Assembly (NCBI GenBank): GCA_965203275.1
Contig: OZ241865.1
Coordinates: forward strand, 1,568,001 to 1,632,000
From: Bdellovibrionales bacterium
Lineage (GTDB): Bacteria > Bdellovibrionota > Bdellovibrionia > Bdellovibrionales > JAUICD01
DNA length: 64,000 bases
Reading direction: 5' to 3'
Both the position numbers and the translations under genes were made by a program. The first letter of the stretch is position 1. Each line of letters starts with the position of its first letter. Positions 60,907-64,000 of this stretch are shown here, piece after piece. The notes under the pieces are model-generated. The model was not told where the DNA came from. It did no database searches and saw only the letters and a program-made list of their open reading frames with translations.

Positions 60907-61659
60907 TCAATTAATAGAATGAAAAAGGCGAGACCAGCGAATAGTTCCTGGATGACATAAAAACTCTAACAAAGGCAACATCTCATCACAGCTCAACCAC
61001 ACAAACATTGCTCTTCCTATAATATTTTCATAAGGTACAAATCCCCAATGTCGTCCATCATTTGAATTGTCTCTATTATCCCCCATCACAAAAAAGTGAT
61101 TTTCTGGTACAACAGTTGGTCCCCAGTTCTGTCTAAAAGAAGTTTTGTACAACAAAATAGGATGCCCTGTTTGAGATATTAAATGTTCATTAAATAAATC
61201 ATAATCATTTTTTACCCCAGGCAAATCAGAATTTCTCACCCATTCAAAGTCTTTTGAATTGGTAAGAGGGTTTCTCTCAATTTGATTGCTATTGATATAA
61301 AGATGACCACCTCGATAAGATATTTCATCTCCAGGAAGACCTATCACCCTTTTAATAAAAAAAGTTTTTTTATTAGTCATATTAGCACTTAGCGGAGCAA
61401 GAAAAACAACTACTTCATTACGTTTAAGCTGTGAAAAATGCACAAGCCATTTTTTACTCCAAGGCACTCGCACCCCATATACAATTTTATTGACAAAAAT
61501 ATGATCGTGGATCAAAAGAGAAGGCAACATACTGCCTGTTGGAATAACATAAGCTTCTAACAACAACCACCGGACTGTTAATGCAGCCACTATAGCTATA
61601 AGTATAGAAGATATACCACTTAAAAAATTTCCTTTTGATTTACCTTTTGATTTAGTCAT
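60907..61659 (-). CDS. lepB: Signal peptidase I
   Basis: IPTGSMLPSL, FIKRVIGLPGD, MGDNRDNSNDGR. Confidence 0.96.
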   Translation of the reverse strand: MTKSKGKSKGNFLSGISSILIAIVAALTVRWLLLEAYVIPTGSMLPSLLIHDHIFVNKIVYGVRVPWSKKWLVHFSQLKRNEVVVFLAPLSANMTNKKTFFIKRVIGLPGDEISYRGGHLYINSNQIERNPLTNSKDFEWVRNSDLPGVKNDYDLFNEHLISQTGHPILLYKTSFRQNWGPTVVPENHFFVMGDNRDNSNDGRHWGFVPYENIIGRAMFVWLSCDEMLPLLEFLCHPGTIRWSRLFHSIN

Positions 61660-61723
61660 AAGACTTTTAACCTATAACGTAACCTTTGTTTCAGTCAATA
61701 CCTTCTATAAAATACAACACACT

Positions 61724-62383
61724 TTAGCCACAAGCTTTTTTCTCAGGATCATTTTGTTCTAATTCTGAAGATACAGAATCTTTAGAAGACTCTGAGGTGT
61801 TTTTTTGTGTAAGAGTCTCTTTTTTCTTTTGGATAATTTTTCTCAAAATTGCTGGAGTAGGGGCTAGCATCACAAACATTTGACGGCCTTCCATTTTAGG
61901 TAGATGCTCCACAACACTTACATCTGCTAAAGTTTGAATGACTTTTTGAATTTGTTGTTGGCCTATATTTTGATGGGCCATTTCACGACCTCTAAAACGC
62001 ATAGTAATTTTAGTCTTATCACCATTTTCTAAAAACCGCCTGGCATGGTTTAATTTAATAGCTAAATCATGTGAATCTGTACGTGGACGAATTTGAATTT
62101 CTTTGATGGAAACAATAGTTTGCTTTTTTTTGGATTCTTGAGCCTTTTTCTTCTGCTCATACTTGTACTTCCCATAATCCATAATCTTACATGTTGGTGG
62201 ATTTGCATTCGGTGCAATTTCTATAAGATCAAGTCCTTGATCAAATGCAATTTCTAAAGCCTGAGAAGACTTCATAATGCCTAACATTTTGCCTGTACTA
62301 TCCACAACCCGTATTTGTGGAGCTTTGATCTGCTCATTCATACGGAAACGATCTTTATTTGTTTTATCTTTTTTATGTCTAAT
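61724..62383 (-). CDS. infC: Translation initiation factor IF-3, ATT start
   Basis: NEQIKAPQIRVV, PPTCKIMDYGKYKY, FRGREMAH; AAGGAGG-CATTT-ATT in frame at 62383, the usual infC autoregulatory start. Confidence 0.95.
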   Translation of the reverse strand: MRHKKDKTNKDRFRMNEQIKAPQIRVVDSTGKMLGIMKSSQALEIAFDQGLDLIEIAPNANPPTCKIMDYGKYKYEQKKKAQESKKKQTIVSIKEIQIRPRTDSHDLAIKLNHARRFLENGDKTKITMRFRGREMAHQNIGQQQIQKVIQTLADVSVVEHLPKMEGRQMFVMLAPTPAILRKIIQKKKETLTQKNTSESSKDSVSSELEQNDPEKKACG

Positions 62384-62518
62384 AAATGCCTCCTTTGTCT
62401 TTTTGTTTTGATCTAAATTTATCTAAAATAGTTATTCAAAATAACCTCAATACATAGTTAATTTCTGGTATTGAAGGCAAAAACTCATTTATACATGAAA
62501 CATAAACTTTTTGTTATA

Positions 62519-62625
62519 ACTTTTTTATTTCATCTTATTTTTTTATTTCATCTTACTTTTTATTTCATCTTACTTTTTTATTTCATCTTACTTTTTTATT
62601 TCATCTTACTTTTTTATTTCATCTT
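62519..62625 (-). repeat. 18-bp tandem repeat x6 duplicating the thrS 3' end
   Basis: ACTTTTTTATTTCATCTT units; the minus strand reads AAG-ATG-AAA-TAA-AAA-AGT. Confidence 0.95.
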
Positions 62626-64000
62626 ACTTTTTTCTAAAAGAAAAGGATTTAATGACTTACTCCGAATATCATCTACCACTTTGCTTAAAAAATCATCTTT
62701 ATTTATAGCATTTTTTTGAATTCCTCCATAAGAGCGTATAGAAACCTGAGTATTTTCCATTTCTTTCTGTCCTATAATAACAATATAAGGGATTTTATTC
62801 AAGTGAGCATCCCGCATTTTATATCCTAATTTTTCACTTCTACTATCATACTCGACTCTCACCCCAGCCTCTTTAAATTCTGTTACCAATCTTTGGCAAT
62901 AACCATCCTGTTGGTCAGTGATGTTTAAAATACGAACTTGACAAGGAGCTAGCCAGGGAGGCATTTGCCCTGCTAAATGTTCTAAATAAACCCCTATAAA
63001 ACGTTCAAAAGTTCCTAAAATGGCTCTGTGAAGCATGACAGGAGTATGAGGATGGTTATCTGGTCCTGTATATTTTAATCCAAAACGTTCAGGCATTACG
63101 TAGTCTAACTGAATAGTACCTAATTGCCAAGACCTATCAAGGGCATCTGTAATATGAAATTCTACCTTAGGGCCATAAAAAGCTCCCTCTCCAATTGCTT
63201 TTTCATAAGATAAATTCATATCTTTTAAAGCACCTTCTAAGTCTATTTCACTTCTATCCCATAACATATCCGAACCAGCACGTTCTGTAGGGCGAGTAGC
63301 TAATCTGACGATCATTTTTTGGTTGAGTCCTAATACTTTGTAAACTTCATTTAAAAAGTGAATAAATAAAGTGACTTCTGATTTAATTTGATCTTCTGTG
63401 CAGAAGATATGAGCGTCATCTTGACACATTGTACGTACTCTTAAAAGACCATTTAAAACACCACTGCGTTCCCATCGGTGAAGCCTTCCAAAATCTGCAA
63501 TCCTCAAAGGTAGGTCTCTATAAGAATGCTGTTGCATTTGAAATAAAAGACAATGACCTGGGCAATTCATAGGTTTGACAGCATGATTTAAAATGTCTTC
63601 TTTTGTTTTATTTTTTGCAAAAAACATATTTTCTAAAAAATGCTCATAATGACCAGATGTTTTGTAAAGCTCTATATTAAAAATCTCAGGAGTAATGACC
63701 TCTTGGTAATCGTATTTTTTATAAAGCTGTTGGATATATTCCACAAGTTGTTTATAAATAACACACCCTTTAGGAGTAAAAAAAGGACTCCCAGGAGCCA
63801 GTGGGTGAAAATAAAATAATCCTATCTGCTTGCCAAGCTTTCTGTGATCTCGTTTTTGAGCATCCTCCCTTTTTTGAAGATAGTTTTTGAGTTGCTGGGC
63901 TGTTGGCCAAGCTGTACCATAAATTCTCTGTAGAGGTTGCCTTTTTTCATCTCCTCTAAAATAAGCTGCTGCAACAGAAAGCAACTTAAATGCCTTTAAT
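62614..64000 (-). CDS. thrS: Threonyl-tRNA synthetase, 5' end outside window
   Basis: LQRIYGTAW, RDHRKLG, KPMNCPGH, QDDAHIFC, GAFYGPK, HRAILGTFERF. Confidence 0.98.
   Translation of the reverse strand, partial: LKAFKLLSVAAAYFRGDEKRQPLQRIYGTAWPTAQQLKNYLQKREDAQKRDHRKLGKQIGLFYFHPLAPGSPFFTPKGCVIYKQLVEYIQQLYKKYDYQEVITPEIFNIELYKTSGHYEHFLENMFFAKNKTKEDILNHAVKPMNCPGHCLLFQMQQHSYRDLPLRIADFGRLHRWERSGVLNGLLRVRTMCQDDAHIFCTEDQIKSEVTLFIHFLNEVYKVLGLNQKMIVRLATRPTERAGSDMLWDRSEIDLEGALKDMNLSYEKAIGEGAFYGPKVEFHITDALDRSWQLGTIQLDYVMPERFGLKYTGPDNHPHTPVMLHRAILGTFERFIGVYLEHLAGQMPPWLAPCQVRILNITDQQDGYCQRLVTEFKEAGVRVEYDSRSEKLGYKMRDAHLNKIPYIVIIGQKEMENTQVSIRSYGGIQKNAINKDDFLSKVVDDIRSKSLNPFLLEKSKMK

Noticed and set aside
62471..62719. 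82-aa hydrophobic ORF (FYFILL)n
   Set aside because: Antisense translation of the 18-bp tandem repeat.

Overview
An AT-rich bacterial chromosome segment spanning the replication origin (mnmE-jag-yidC-yidD-rnpA-rpmH / dnaA-oriC-dnaN-recF). FQNC-lipobox lipoproteins, oriC between dnaA and dnaN, a stand-alone atpBE pair and a long PilA point to Bdellovibrionota (inference). Housekeeping genes alternate with accessory secreted and ankyrin proteins and broken Rpn (PD-(D/E)XK) genes. No rRNA, tRNA, cas gene or conventional CRISPR array was seen. Four signals stand out. (1) Two solitary copies of the exact type V-A (Cas12a) crRNA handle AATTTCTACTGTTGTAGAT (31446-31464, 32241-32259). Each has its own sigma70 promoter placed so transcription would start on the first handle base, a unique guide-like segment, and a small orphan gene directly upstream. 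This is a candidate CRISPR-RNA-regulated toxin/antitoxin or RNA anti-CRISPR cassette. (2) A dispersed ~145-bp element whose copies differ in sequence but keep the same fold through compensatory changes; copies nest inside one another and interrupt genes. (3) Two neighbouring genes frameshifted by short insertions that are exact copies of nearby ruvA sequence. (4) A 46-bp inverted-repeat pair upstream of the pilin gene, a (TTTA)11 tract in an outer-membrane gene, and a 1664-aa signal-peptide protein fusing two Clp-type AAA+ modules to an FtsH-like protease domain. All calls were made by eye; no searches were run.
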